Positions 19,887 to 29,719 of a DNA stretch of 64,000 nucleotides are shown here, piece by piece. Every line of letters begins with the position of its first letter. Positions within the stretch are counted from its first letter, which is position 1. The notes under the pieces are model-generated. The model did no database searches. It saw nothing but the letters and a program-made list of their open reading frames with translations, and was not told the origin of the DNA. The position numbers and the translations under genes are program-made. Source of the DNA: Acidobacteriota bacterium (GTDB taxonomy: Bacteria; Acidobacteriota; CAIWXX01); NCBI GenBank assembly GCA_040755995.1, contig JBFMAF010000024.1:192001-256000 (forward strand), in the 5' to 3' direction.

Positions 19887-21279
19887 GCCCCCAAAGACGC
19901 TGCTGCTCATCGATGACGACCAGCTCCTCTGCGATGCAATCAAGGATAGCATCGGCAAGGGGCAGATCGAGGTGCATGCGGTAAGGACCGGCGCAGAAGG
20001 GCTGGCCTTCTGTGCGCGCCGACGGGTAGACGTTGTTCTTCTTGACCAGAAGCTGCCGGACGTGAGCGGCCATTCTCTCTGCGCCTCCATCCTGAAACCC
20101 AACGAAATGACCAAGATCGTCTTCATCACCGGCTACCCCAGTATGGAGAATGCTGTGGAGGCCGTAAGGGCGGGGGCCTATGACTACCTCTCCAAGCCCT
20201 TCGAGCTGGAGGAGCTGCGGCTGGTTGTGGAGCGTGCCTTCAAGGCGCTGGAGATGGAAAACGCTATGGATCTGCAGAGCCACAGAAGCGAGAAGGAGAA
20301 TCAGGAGGCCGTGCTGGTGGGACGGGGGCTGGATAGCGTCCGCGTCCTGGTCAATCTGGCCGCGTCCACGCCCGGCGCCCCGGTTCTGATCACGGGCGAG
20401 ACTGGGACGGGAAAGAACGTCGTAGCGAAAGCCATTCACCACAAGGGACCGACCCACAGTAGCCCGTTCGTCGCGGTCAACTGTGCGGCTCTGCCTGAGA
20501 GCCTCATCGAGGCGGAGCTGTTCGGGTACGAGAGGGGCGCGTTCACCGGCGCGACCTCTGCCAAGAGGGGGCTGTTTGAGCTCGCTGAAGGCGGGTCTCT
20601 GCTTCTAGACGAGATAGCGGACCTGCCGCTTCATCTTCAATCAAAGCTGCTGGGCGTGCTGGAGGAGAGGGCCGTAAGAAGAGTGGGCGGCGAACTGGTG
20701 AGACCGGTCGACGTACGCGTCATCGCAGCTACGAACCGCAATCTGGAAGAGGCATTCGGCAGGGCTCTGCGAATGGATCTGTACTACCGCCTGAGTGTCA
20801 TGAGGGTACATATCCCCCCTCTCAGGGATAGGCGCGAAGACATACCGGAGCTCTGCCAGCACCTGCTCGAGAGAACCGCGGGCGGTGGCATGGTTCAGCT
20901 TCCCGACACGGAGCTGGAGAAGCTGATGCAATACGATTGGCCCGGGAATGTGAGGGAGCTGAAGAATATCCTGGAACGGGCTGTTGTTCTCCGGAAAGAG
21001 TCCCCGGTCTGGCCCTCAGAACTGCTCGGGATGACAGATGTTGCAAGGCCACCAATGACTGCGGCGGGCACGGTACTTCCTCTTGAAGAGGTGGAGAAGC
21101 GCAGCATCAAAGATGCCCTCGAAGCGCTCGGCTACAATTACACCAGAGCGGCGAAGGCCCTCGGAATCTCGCTCTCCACGTTGAAGAGGAAGGTAGGCCA
21201 CTACGGCTTGCGGCCGGGGACCGCGCAGGTCGAGAGGACTGCTGCCAGCCGACCCAGGATGAGCGGGCATCTAGAATGA
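19873..21279 (+). CDS. NtrC-family sigma54-dependent response regulator
   Basis: [29 protein letters not shown]; Fis-type HTH. Confidence 0.95.
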   Translation: MGSDRPPKTLLLIDDDQLLCDAIKDSIGKGQIEVHAVRTGAEGLAFCARRRVDVVLLDQKLPDVSGHSLCASILKPNEMTKIVFITGYPSMENAVEAVRAGAYDYLSKPFELEELRLVVERAFKALEMENAMDLQSHRSEKENQEAVLVGRGLDSVRVLVNLAASTPGAPVLITGETGTGKNVVAKAIHHKGPTHSSPFVAVNCAALPESLIEAELFGYERGAFTGATSAKRGLFELAEGGSLLLDEIADLPLHLQSKLLGVLEERAVRRVGGELVRPVDVRVIAATNRNLEEAFGRALRMDLYYRLSVMRVHIPPLRDRREDIPELCQHLLERTAGGGMVQLPDTELEKLMQYDWPGNVRELKNILERAVVLRKESPVWPSELLGMTDVARPPMTAAGTVLPLEEVEKRSIKDALEALGYNYTRAAKALGISLSTLKRKVGHYGLRPGTAQVERTAASRPRMSGHLE

Positions 21280-21329
21280 GCCATCCGAACTGACCTACCG
21301 CCGCGGCGGTCGGCAGGTCGGGCTGGGTG

Positions 21330-21387
21330 TAACTCGTTGATTCTGGCGGCTCGCCTTTAGCAAGACGGCCTTGGCATCCAACCTGCT
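21330..21387 (+). promoter_or_regulatory. IHF site and sigma54 (-24/-12) promoter
   Basis: 21330-21342 reverse complement AATCAACGAGTTA fits WATCAANNNNTTR; TTGGCATCCAACCTGCT at 21371-21387 has GG-N10-GC spacing. Confidence 0.65.
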
Positions 21388-21404
21388 CACTTGAATTCCC
21401 GAAT

Positions 21405-22577
21405 ATGGCAGCAGGTAGGGGCGCGAGAAGAGTACTGATCGTCGACGACGAGAATTCATTCCTTCTCAGCTTGTCCGAGGGGTTGGCTCGCTACGCCGAG
21501 AGATTCGAGGTAGTGACCGCCGAGAACGGAGATAGGGCGCTATCCATACTCAATTCGACCAGCATTGACCTCGTGGTTACCGATCTCAAAATGCCCGTGC
21601 TGAATGGGTTCGAGCTGTTGGCGCACCTCCGCAAGGAACACCCGAGAACGCCGGCCATCGTGATGACGGCATTTGGGGGCCCCGAGCTGGAGGCAAAGCT
21701 GATGAAATCAGGCATAATTCAGTACGTCGAGAAGCCGGTGGATTTCCAGGAGCTGGCAGACAGGATCCTTGAAACCCTTGAAGGGAAGTCCAAAGGATTC
21801 CTCCAGGGCATTCCGCTGTCAGCTTTCATACAACTCGTGGAAGTCGAGAAGAACACGTGCATCATAGGAGTTCGATCCGGTGAGAAGGTCGGCTATCTCT
21901 ACTTCGTCAAAGGCAACATGGTGGACGCGGAGGCCGGCGACAGCGTGGGGGAGGAAGCCGCATACGACATTCTCGCCTGGGAGAGCGTGGAGATAGAAAT
22001 GGCCCCCCTCCCGGGACGTCGTAAGAGGAGAATCGACCTCGCACTGAATCACATCCTTTTGGAGGCATTCAGGCTCAAGGACGAGAAGGCCCTGAGTATT
22101 GACACCGTCCAGGACACCGTAGTCGCCGCGGGAGACATCGATGAGTCGGATCTCCTGGGCCTGTGGGCAGACCGAAGAGCAATCGCATTACTAACAAAGG
22201 AGGCAGAGATGGCTCTCGAAAAACACATCCAGGTTCTCAAGGAAATCAAGGGGTACAAGGCCGCCGGCATCATGCAGTTCACCGGCGAGATGCTCGCACA
22301 CCATTCCGACGATCCCAACATCGATCTGGGCCTGGTGGGCGCCACGTTCAACGACATCTTCCGAACGGCCCATGAGGCGTCCAAGAAGATCGGGCTTGAC
22401 GCGTGCAGGGAGGCCACGATAGTGACCCCCAAGGGGATCGTCATCATGCGGTGCTCGGGAACCGACGCGAAGGTGCATTTCCACGTGATCGCGGTGCTTG
22501 CGGCGGACGGAAATCAGGCGCTCATGAAGATGCAGATCGACAAGCTAATCTCCCCTGCCATGGCCGAGCTTGCCTAG
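21405..22577 (+). CDS. Response regulator REC + DUF4388(PATAN)-like + C-terminal roadblock/LC7-like domain
   Basis: REC (VTDLKMP), GYLYFVKGNMVDA, then an MALEKHIQ... roadblock-like module that has its own SD and ATG at 22209. Confidence 0.8.
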   Translation: MAAGRGARRVLIVDDENSFLLSLSEGLARYAERFEVVTAENGDRALSILNSTSIDLVVTDLKMPVLNGFELLAHLRKEHPRTPAIVMTAFGGPELEAKLMKSGIIQYVEKPVDFQELADRILETLEGKSKGFLQGIPLSAFIQLVEVEKNTCIIGVRSGEKVGYLYFVKGNMVDAEAGDSVGEEAAYDILAWESVEIEMAPLPGRRKRRIDLALNHILLEAFRLKDEKALSIDTVQDTVVAAGDIDESDLLGLWADRRAIALLTKEAEMALEKHIQVLKEIKGYKAAGIMQFTGEMLAHHSDDPNIDLGLVGATFNDIFRTAHEASKKIGLDACREATIVTPKGIVIMRCSGTDAKVHFHVIAVLAADGNQALMKMQIDKLISPAMAELA

Positions 22578-22642
22578 GACCCCGGGACGTTGGGGAGGGG
22601 GCAGGATCTCCCTCCCCACCTCGGCACACGCGGGCCTGACCG

Positions 22643-22975
22643 GTGAATATCGTCGGAGAGATGAAGTGGTTCCTCGGTGACGACTACGCGCAGATCAGGT
22701 TCTCCGAGAGCACCCGCTCGTTCTCCGTCGACATTGTGATGGTTCCCGCTGCTCACCGCGGTCAAGGGATTGGCACCACGCTGATTCAGCACATCATCCA
22801 TCTCGCAGATTGCATGGGCAAGGATGTCTACCTCTCCGCGCGACCGATCGGGTCCTTCAGTGCCGAGAAGCTTGATCGGCTGGTAGCCTACTACCGGCGG
22901 CTCGGATTCGAGGTCATCGATACAGGTCTCACCGTCAGCCACATGCGAAGGGAGCCGGCCGCTCGCCCGGGGTGA
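22643..22975 (+). CDS. GNAT-family acetyltransferase
   Basis: VPAAHRGQGIGTTL acetyl-CoA motif; YYRRLGF. Confidence 0.8.
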   Translation: MNIVGEMKWFLGDDYAQIRFSESTRSFSVDIVMVPAAHRGQGIGTTLIQHIIHLADCMGKDVYLSARPIGSFSAEKLDRLVAYYRRLGFEVIDTGLTVSHMRREPAARPG

Positions 22976-23043
22976 GTCCGTCGGAGGGTGTGATACAAAG
23001 GCTTTGGTGAACGTCGATGGCGGGTATGCTTGCGAACCCGGGA

Positions 23044-23143
23044 ATCCGCAGATGACCCGGGTTTCGCGGATTTCGCAGAGGAGACCCCTTCTTGAAGGCG
23101 ATTTCCATCTGCTCAATCTGCCTGGTCTGTGCGATCTGCGGAT
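23044..23143. repeat. Inverted array of degenerate 9-mer repeats
   Basis: ATCCGCAGAT / ATCTGCGGAT perfect inverted repeat enclosing (T)CGCAGA/TCTGCG-type 9-nt units. Confidence 0.55.
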
Positions 23144-23169
23144 GTGTTCCCGTCGGTAGCTGGCTGGAG

Positions 23170-23400
23170 GGCCGACTCACCAAGGGCCAATGATCACACC
23201 CGTCGTCAGATTGGACCTTCCGCCCAACCTGCATTCTGTGGTAGAGTCGGCGCGGTTGAGACATGGTGTACCGGATGGCTTCGGCTGCTGCACGCTCGCG
23301 ACCGGTTGTTCGTCCTGTCGATCTCCGCGCGCCCGGTCGCGTCCCTGACGGCGTACAGGTCCACGTCAGATTCTTGAATCGATTCAGCGGACTCTGATCC
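23170..23400 (-). pseudogene. Degenerate minimal nucleotidyltransferase (MNT) remnant
   Basis: GS........ESDVDLYAV resembles the GS-x10-DxD motif; downstream stops. Confidence 0.3.
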
Positions 23401-23471
23401 GCGCCCCTTCCTCATTTTTCTTTTCAGCTGCACGTCAACCTTAGTTGTTCCTATCCTCTGGAGGTATTGCG

Positions 23472-24614
23472 ATGAGAAAAGTGGTGGTCTTGGGATGCGG
23501 CCTGGTCGGCGGACCGATCGCGGTGGACCTGGCAAAAGATTCCGCCTTCGGTGTCCTGGTGGCGGATATCAGCGCCGAGGCGCTGGAGAAGGTTGCCACG
23601 AGGGGGCCGGTAGCTACAGTCGTGGCGGACCTGCGCGATAGCCAGCGCGTGCGGGAGCTCGTTGCGGACTGCGAGATCGTCGTCAACGCCGTGCCCGGTT
23701 TCATGGGGTTCGATACGCTGAGGACGATCATAGGAGCCGGCAAGCCGGTCGTGGATATCGCCTTCTTTCCCGAAGATCCGTTCTTGCTGGACGCGTCGGC
23801 TCAGGCCAACTGTGTCACCGCTGTCGTCGACTGCGGTGTCGCGCCGGGCATGAGCAATATCCTGAGCGCCCACGCGTTGCGGAAGCTGGATACGGCCGAT
23901 GACATCGTGATCTACGTCGGCGGGCTCCCGCAGGTTCGCGAGTGGCCATACGAGTACAAGGCTGTGTTCTCCCCGCTGGATGTGATCGAGGAATACACGC
24001 GACCTGCGCGGTACGTCGAAGGAGGCCGCGAAGTCATTCGCCCGGCGCTGTCGGACCCCGAGTACATCAACTTCGCGGGTGTCGGCACTCTGGAAGCGTT
24101 CAACAGCGACGGACTGCGGACGCTCATCCGGACGATGCAGGTGACGAATATGAAGGAGAAGACGTTGCGCTACCCGGGCCACATCGAGAAGATCGCGGTG
24201 CTGCGCGAGACCGGCTTCTTCGGCAAGGAGCCGATCGAGATCCAGGGCAAGATGGTGCGGCCGCTCGATTTCACCGCCAAAGTGCTGTTCCCGAAATGGA
24301 AGCTGCTGGAAGGCGAGGGTGATGTGACGGTGATGCGCGTGACGGTCACCGGCGAGAAGAACGGCACGAAGGTCGTGTACACATACGACCTGCTCGACCG
24401 CTACGACACTGCAACCGGGACGACGTCAATGGCAAGAACCACCGGCTACACAGCCACCGCCGCGGTGCGCATGTGGGCTCAGGGGCTGTACAATCGCGTC
24501 GGCATTTCGCCGCCCGAGTACATTGGCGAGCGGACTGAGTGCGTCGAGTTCATGTTGAAGGATCTGGCTTCGCGAGGAGTGGTCTACCGCGAGACGAGCG
24601 AGATCAAAGGCTGA
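23472..24614 (+). CDS. Saccharopine dehydrogenase / lysine 6-dehydrogenase family
   Basis: GCGLVG Rossmann; DCGVAPGMSN; LEAFNSDGLRTL; EKTLRYPGH; SMARTTGY. Confidence 0.92.
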   Translation: MRKVVVLGCGLVGGPIAVDLAKDSAFGVLVADISAEALEKVATRGPVATVVADLRDSQRVRELVADCEIVVNAVPGFMGFDTLRTIIGAGKPVVDIAFFPEDPFLLDASAQANCVTAVVDCGVAPGMSNILSAHALRKLDTADDIVIYVGGLPQVREWPYEYKAVFSPLDVIEEYTRPARYVEGGREVIRPALSDPEYINFAGVGTLEAFNSDGLRTLIRTMQVTNMKEKTLRYPGHIEKIAVLRETGFFGKEPIEIQGKMVRPLDFTAKVLFPKWKLLEGEGDVTVMRVTVTGEKNGTKVVYTYDLLDRYDTATGTTSMARTTGYTATAAVRMWAQGLYNRVGISPPEYIGERTECVEFMLKDLASRGVVYRETSEIKG

Positions 24615-24735
24615 GCCGTAAGCAGGAGAGTGGGCGTGGCACAGCCGCGCCACTCCACTACTGCTGCCGGCAGCGCGGTTGTGCGTGGCAGAGGACCAGC
24701 ACGTAGCACCGCGCGGGACTGCGGTCTACCAGGCA

Positions 24736-25137
24736 CTACTCCTGAGCTGGCTGGAATCCGATCTTCTTCTGCACTGCGTCCGGCAGGCCTGCGAGAATCC
24801 GGCCATGATCCGCGAGAATCCGGCCCTGCTCCGTGAGAATGCGGCCATGGTCCGACAGAATGCGCGTGTGCTCGCTCAGCACGCTTATTACCTGGTCCAG
24901 CTTGACCTCGACAACATCCATGCGCCTCGCGAGTGCCAGCCATTCCTTGCGCAGTTCCGAGAGCTCGGCGTCATGCTCTGCATGGCGCATGATGAACTCC
25001 TTGCGGATCTCCGCAATCTCCGCATCATGCTCCGCATGCCGTTTGACTGTCCAGGCCTGCAACGCCAGCAGCTCCGACATCTGTTTCTCCAACAGATCCT
25101 GCCTGCCCCTTGACCCGCCGTTCCTGCGCGATGGCAT
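24736..25137 (-). CDS. Small coiled-coil heptad-repeat protein
   Basis: GGAGGTG SD; (E/D)(H/Q)xRIL x4 and RHAEHDAE x2; ends KKIGF. Confidence 0.65.
   Translation of the reverse strand: MPSRRNGGSRGRQDLLEKQMSELLALQAWTVKRHAEHDAEIAEIRKEFIMRHAEHDAELSELRKEWLALARRMDVVEVKLDQVISVLSEHTRILSDHGRILTEQGRILADHGRILAGLPDAVQKKIGFQPAQE
24793..24876. repeat. Four tandem 21-bp coding repeats
   Basis: GAGAATCCGGCCATGATCCGC-type units. Confidence 0.85.
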
Positions 25138-25202
25138 ACTCACCTCCGCATCAAGTATAGCCCACATACGACCCGTGTACCAAGGAGTCGAGCCACCGCG
25201 GC

Positions 25203-27761
25203 TCAAAGCGGGTCGTCGGGCTTGTCGACGTACTCCGGGTAGTGCTTCTGCATGCACTCCGGGCAGATACCGTGGCTGAATATGGCCTCGGAGTTGTCGC
25301 GGATATACGACTCGATCTGTCGCCAGGCGCCTGCATCGTCCCTAACCTTCTTGCAGTGGGCGCAGATAGGTAGGAAGCCGCGGAGGATCTTGACCTTGGC
25401 CATGGCTTCGTCGATCCCGCGCTGGAGCTCCACGGCCCGGCGCTGGAGGGCCCGAGTGCGGAGTCTGATGACGCCATAAATCGCCACGGCCAACATCAGC
25501 GCGAGCGCGGAGCGCGCCCACGCGGTATCCCACCACTGCGGTTCCGCGTAGACGCGCAGCGAGATGGGCGGGGACCAACCCTGTCCCTGGGTACTATCCC
25601 CGATCCTTGCGGAGACCTGCACCTCGCACCAGCCGCGCGGCAGGTTCTCGACTGACAGCTCTCGATCGAGCTGCGGCTCAGACCAGTCGGGCCGCCACGG
25701 AAAGACCCGGGTGCGGTATTCTACCGGCATCGGGGACAGCCAGGGGGCGGCCCACGCTATGCGCAGCGTGCGCTCGGAAGGGGACAGGTGAGCGGCACCG
25801 TCGGAGCCGAGCGGCGGAGTCGCTCGCCAGTGGCAGCGCAGGGGAGGAAGCGGCAGCGGCTTCAGCGTGGGGTCGAACCTGGCGAGGGATGCCATCGTCC
25901 CGACGTAGATTGCGCCGCCAGGGCCGATCCAGAGGCCATCAAGGTTGCACTCGTCCTCCAGCAGCCCATTCCTCGAATCATAGACCGACCACAGCCCGCC
26001 GGCGAAATGCCCCACGCCCTCGGAAGCACCGGCCCAGATGCTGCCGTCGGGCGCCCGAGCCAGCGAGTAGACCGTGTGTCCCGGGATTCCGTCCGCAGGC
26101 GTCAGCAGCTTCCAAACGTCGCCACGTCGCACCGCGATTCCACCTGTCCCCCCAACCCACACCTCTTCTTCCCCAACTTCCAACACGCAGTTGCACAGCT
26201 CCGGGAGTTGGGGGATCGCTTGCGACGTCAGCCATTGCGAGCTGTCCCCGCGAATCACGGCAAGACCACGCACCGTTGCGATCCAGAGCTCGCCGTTTCG
26301 CCGCCACGTCATTCCGCGGACGTTCTGGTCCTGCAGGCGGCTGTTGAGATCGGATGCAGGCTCCCAGGCCGAGCCCCATAGCACGTAGATACCGTCGCGA
26401 GATGATGCTGCGTACCAGGCGCCGTTCGGAGAACGGAAGATCCCGGTGACGAGCCCGGAGTCGAGGCGGAGCGTCTGGTGGAAGCGCGATCCGTCCCGGG
26501 CCTCGAAGATACCGTAACGCCCGCCGACTACAATGTGCCCCGGCCTGACTTCCACCGCGCAACGCACATCCTCGGTCAATCCCGCTTCCCTGCCGTACTG
26601 GGCGACGCGATGACCGTCCCAGCGCCAGATGCCTTTGGTGAAAACGGCAGCAAGGAAGCCGCCGTCATCCGTGCCTCTGATGCCGAAGACCTGGAGCCGA
26701 TCGCGATAGAAGGAGGTTGGAGACCAGACGGTACGGTGCAGCCACGCATCGTCGCAGAGCTGCAGCAATCCGGCGCCGTTGAAGCCGAGCCAGATCGTAC
26801 CTTCGCGGTCGGCGAGCAGCGACACTATGCCAGATGGCTTGAGGCCGTTCTCAGGCCCCCAGACGGTCCAGGCCGAGTGCTCTCCGCGAAAAGCCACAGC
26901 TCCCTCGCTGAAACCGGCCCAGATCCGGCCTCGTCGATCCTCCATGAGGGCACGCACGAATCCAGCGGACCCGGGAGCGGTGTACGCCGTTGTCCACGCC
27001 GACGACTCGCTGCGTGCGGCCAAGACGCGACCCGTCTTCGTCCCGATCCAACACTCCCCGCCCCTCGTGACCATCACGGCGGTGATTGGGCTCGGCGGGA
27101 CACTCCCGGGAGCGATCATAGTCACCCTGTTCTCGCGGATCCGCACGACCTGCAGCCGGAATGCGACCCACACCGATTCATCGCCTGGCGCGACGACTGC
27201 AACAGCAGGCCCGAGCTCCGAGGACGCCACCGCAGCGTGCCTGGGAGCCCCGCCGCCCGGGGCCGGCCAATACCAGAGCATTCCGTCCAGGTCCACGAAC
27301 CACACCGCCTCCTTGTCATCCTCTGCCAGCGATGTGACACCGCGACGCGTCGCTATGAAGCTCCATCGCGTCCCGTCGAACGTATGAATCCCCGCTGTGC
27401 CTCCGACATAGATCCCGCCACGACGCCTCGCAGCGAGCGCCTGGACAGCGCCGAAGCCCGGGAATCCGGGAGGATCGGGAATGGTATCGAGCTCGGCCCC
27501 GTCGAAGGTCGAGAGCCCGTCCATCGTCCCGATCCACAGAACGCCGTCGCGATCCTGCAGAAGCGCGTTTGGTGTTGACTGTGCCAATCCCCGGTAGGCC
27601 CGCCGGTCGAAAGACCTGAAAGCACGCACAGGAGTCGGTTCTGAGTTCGCGGGGGACTCGGCTGCAGCGGCACAGACGCCCACGAAGCCGCCGGCCCATG
27701 CAGAGACCGTCAGCAATCGTGCCAGGCTGCCGCGCCGCTGAGCGCAATCCAGCCGCGCCAT
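25203..27761 (-). CDS. Two-component-regulator propeller sensor (Reg_prop/Y_Y_Y-like) + TM + short CxxC...CxxC cytoplasmic domain
   Basis: DRDGVLWIGT-type blades; PQWWDTAW then TM; LPICAHCKKVRDD...SHGICPEC. Confidence 0.85.
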   Translation of the reverse strand: MARLDCAQRRGSLARLLTVSAWAGGFVGVCAAAAESPANSEPTPVRAFRSFDRRAYRGLAQSTPNALLQDRDGVLWIGTMDGLSTFDGAELDTIPDPPGFPGFGAVQALAARRRGGIYVGGTAGIHTFDGTRWSFIATRRGVTSLAEDDKEAVWFVDLDGMLWYWPAPGGGAPRHAAVASSELGPAVAVVAPGDESVWVAFRLQVVRIRENRVTMIAPGSVPPSPITAVMVTRGGECWIGTKTGRVLAARSESSAWTTAYTAPGSAGFVRALMEDRRGRIWAGFSEGAVAFRGEHSAWTVWGPENGLKPSGIVSLLADREGTIWLGFNGAGLLQLCDDAWLHRTVWSPTSFYRDRLQVFGIRGTDDGGFLAAVFTKGIWRWDGHRVAQYGREAGLTEDVRCAVEVRPGHIVVGGRYGIFEARDGSRFHQTLRLDSGLVTGIFRSPNGAWYAASSRDGIYVLWGSAWEPASDLNSRLQDQNVRGMTWRRNGELWIATVRGLAVIRGDSSQWLTSQAIPQLPELCNCVLEVGEEEVWVGGTGGIAVRRGDVWKLLTPADGIPGHTVYSLARAPDGSIWAGASEGVGHFAGGLWSVYDSRNGLLEDECNLDGLWIGPGGAIYVGTMASLARFDPTLKPLPLPPLRCHWRATPPLGSDGAAHLSPSERTLRIAWAAPWLSPMPVEYRTRVFPWRPDWSEPQLDRELSVENLPRGWCEVQVSARIGDSTQGQGWSPPISLRVYAEPQWWDTAWARSALALMLAVAIYGVIRLRTRALQRRAVELQRGIDEAMAKVKILRGFLPICAHCKKVRDDAGAWRQIESYIRDNSEAIFSHGICPECMQKHYPEYVDKPDDPL

Positions 27762-27817
27762 GCTTCCCCGACCTGGAGGCTCGTACCCCCGGGGCCCTGG
27801 CTCATCAGCGGGCTGCA

Positions 27818-28306
27818 TTACTGGCCGATCTTGTACCCGATCTTTCGGAGGAACCCGACACGCCAGGCCACCTCGGCCTCGTCCTCGACACCCTTCGTCT
27901 TGACACCGTCGATGACACCGAGGATACCCCGGCCCTGCTGGGTCTCCGCCAGGATCACCTCGGCGGGGTTCGCCGTGGCACAGAAGACGCGACAGACCTC
28001 CGGCACCATCTTCACAGCGTTCAGCACGTTGAGCGGGAAATACCCATCGCCGAGAAGGATTATGAAGGAGTGGCCTGCTGAGATAGCCAGGGCATTCTTC
28101 TTGGCCAGCTCCACCAGCTTCGCGTCGGTTCCGCTGGCGCGAACCAACGCCCGGCCCGACGATTCGCAAAAAGCCAAGCCGAACTTGATCCCGGGCACCG
28201 CCTGCACAAGGGTCTCATGCAAGTCCTCCACGGTCTTGATGAAGTGCGACTGGCCCAGAATGAAATTCAAGCCTTGATTCTCGACGGGGACGACGTGCAG
28301 TTCCAT
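27818..28306 (-). CDS. Adenosine-specific kinase family (DUF355) protein
   Basis: NFILGQSHFIKTVEDL, FCESSG, CATANP, RGILGVIDG. Confidence 0.9.
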   Translation of the reverse strand: MELHVVPVENQGLNFILGQSHFIKTVEDLHETLVQAVPGIKFGLAFCESSGRALVRASGTDAKLVELAKKNALAISAGHSFIILLGDGYFPLNVLNAVKMVPEVCRVFCATANPAEVILAETQQGRGILGVIDGVKTKGVEDEAEVAWRVGFLRKIGYKIGQ

Positions 28307-28419
28307 GGCGTTTCCTCCTTCTGTCAAAACGCGTTCGGAACAGGATCAAGCAAGGACTTCGCAACCGATGCTATTATAACCGGGCCGTGGCAACAGGCAA
28401 CATCGACACTCGTCCAGCA

Positions 28420-29568
28420 ATGCGGTGGTGTGCAACGCTGGTCGTTGTACTGGGGGCGACTGCCTGCCTGAGCATCTACGCAGCCTCCGACTACGCACGG
28501 GCGGCGGCTTTGGTGGCACGGGCGGCAGGCGTCGGCGACGGATGGATCGGCCGCCTCGCCCGTCTCTACGCACGCTCGTTCGTGACCAGCGAGCTCCAGG
28601 TTCAGACACGCAGCGGGCCGATTCGCGCGCGCCTGTATCGGCCTTCCCGCCAATCAGGCCGCACCACGCTCCTCGTGCCCGGCGTGCACGCCCTGGGAAT
28701 TGACGAGCCGCGACTCACCAGGTTCGCCGGGGAGCTGGCTCAGAGCGGCATGGGCGTCGTCACGATAGAGCTGCCGGATCTCTTGCAGTACCGGATCACC
28801 CCACGCTTGACCGATCAAATCGAAGACGCGGCCGGCTGGGTCAGCCATCAACCTGATCTCTCGCCGGATGGGCGGGTCGGGCTGATAGGCATCAGCTTCG
28901 CCGGCGGTCTGTCGGTCGTGGCGGCGGGCCGCCCGAGCGTCCGGAACCGTTTGGCTTTCGCGCTCTCGTTCGGCGGGCACGGCGATCTGCCTCGCGTTCT
29001 CAGGTATCTCTGCACGGGCGAAGAGCCCGATGGATCCAGGCGGCCGCCGCATGACTACGGTGTGGCTGTCATACTTCTCAACGCGGCAGACCACATGGTG
29101 CCTCCGGAGGAGGTCGACGGGCTGAGGAGGGGCATCCTGATGTTCCTGCACGCCTCGCACATGACCCTCGTGGACAAGCAGCGTGCCGAGTATGAGTTCA
29201 GCAAGGCGCGCGCAATGGAGGACAGCCTGCCAAGCCCGGCGAAGGAACTTCTCCATGGCGCGAATGCGCGCGACGTTGAGAGACTCGGCCCGCTGCTGCT
29301 CCCACAGATCGCGGGCTTCGCCGGCAGCGACGTGCTCTCGCCGAGTCGCAGCCCGGCCCCGGCCTGTCCCGTCTACCTTCTTCACGGGGCCGATGACAAC
29401 GTCATTCCGGCAATCGAGGCGCGCCTGCTGGCCGGCACGCTTGAGGGCCGCTGCCCGGTCCATCTCCTGATCACTCCGCTGATCACTCATGCCGAGGTCG
29501 ACAGGCGCCGGCGCCTGGGCGACATCTGGCGACTGGTGACGTTCTGGGAGCGCCTGATGGACGAGTAG
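28420..29568 (+). CDS. Alpha/beta hydrolase with N-terminal anchor
   Basis: GISFAG nucleophile elbow; HGADDNVIP; ITHA. Confidence 0.8.
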   Translation: MRWCATLVVVLGATACLSIYAASDYARAAALVARAAGVGDGWIGRLARLYARSFVTSELQVQTRSGPIRARLYRPSRQSGRTTLLVPGVHALGIDEPRLTRFAGELAQSGMGVVTIELPDLLQYRITPRLTDQIEDAAGWVSHQPDLSPDGRVGLIGISFAGGLSVVAAGRPSVRNRLAFALSFGGHGDLPRVLRYLCTGEEPDGSRRPPHDYGVAVILLNAADHMVPPEEVDGLRRGILMFLHASHMTLVDKQRAEYEFSKARAMEDSLPSPAKELLHGANARDVERLGPLLLPQIAGFAGSDVLSPSRSPAPACPVYLLHGADDNVIPAIEARLLAGTLEGRCPVHLLITPLITHAEVDRRRRLGDIWRLVTFWERLMDE

Positions 29569-29719
29569 GCCACGATGCGATCAGTTGCTCTCACGCACAC
29601 GCCGATTTCATTGGCAAACGCTCCGAGCAACGTTCACGAGCACAAGTGCCACGCCGCTGGATTCGGGTTGCACTTGAGCAGGTACGCTCAAGCCGGAGTG
29701 GGGTTATAATAGGGGGCAT

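Noticed and set aside
24793..24876. Tandem repeats as a CRISPR array
   Set aside because: Contiguous 21-bp coding units with no spacers; no cas genes in the window.
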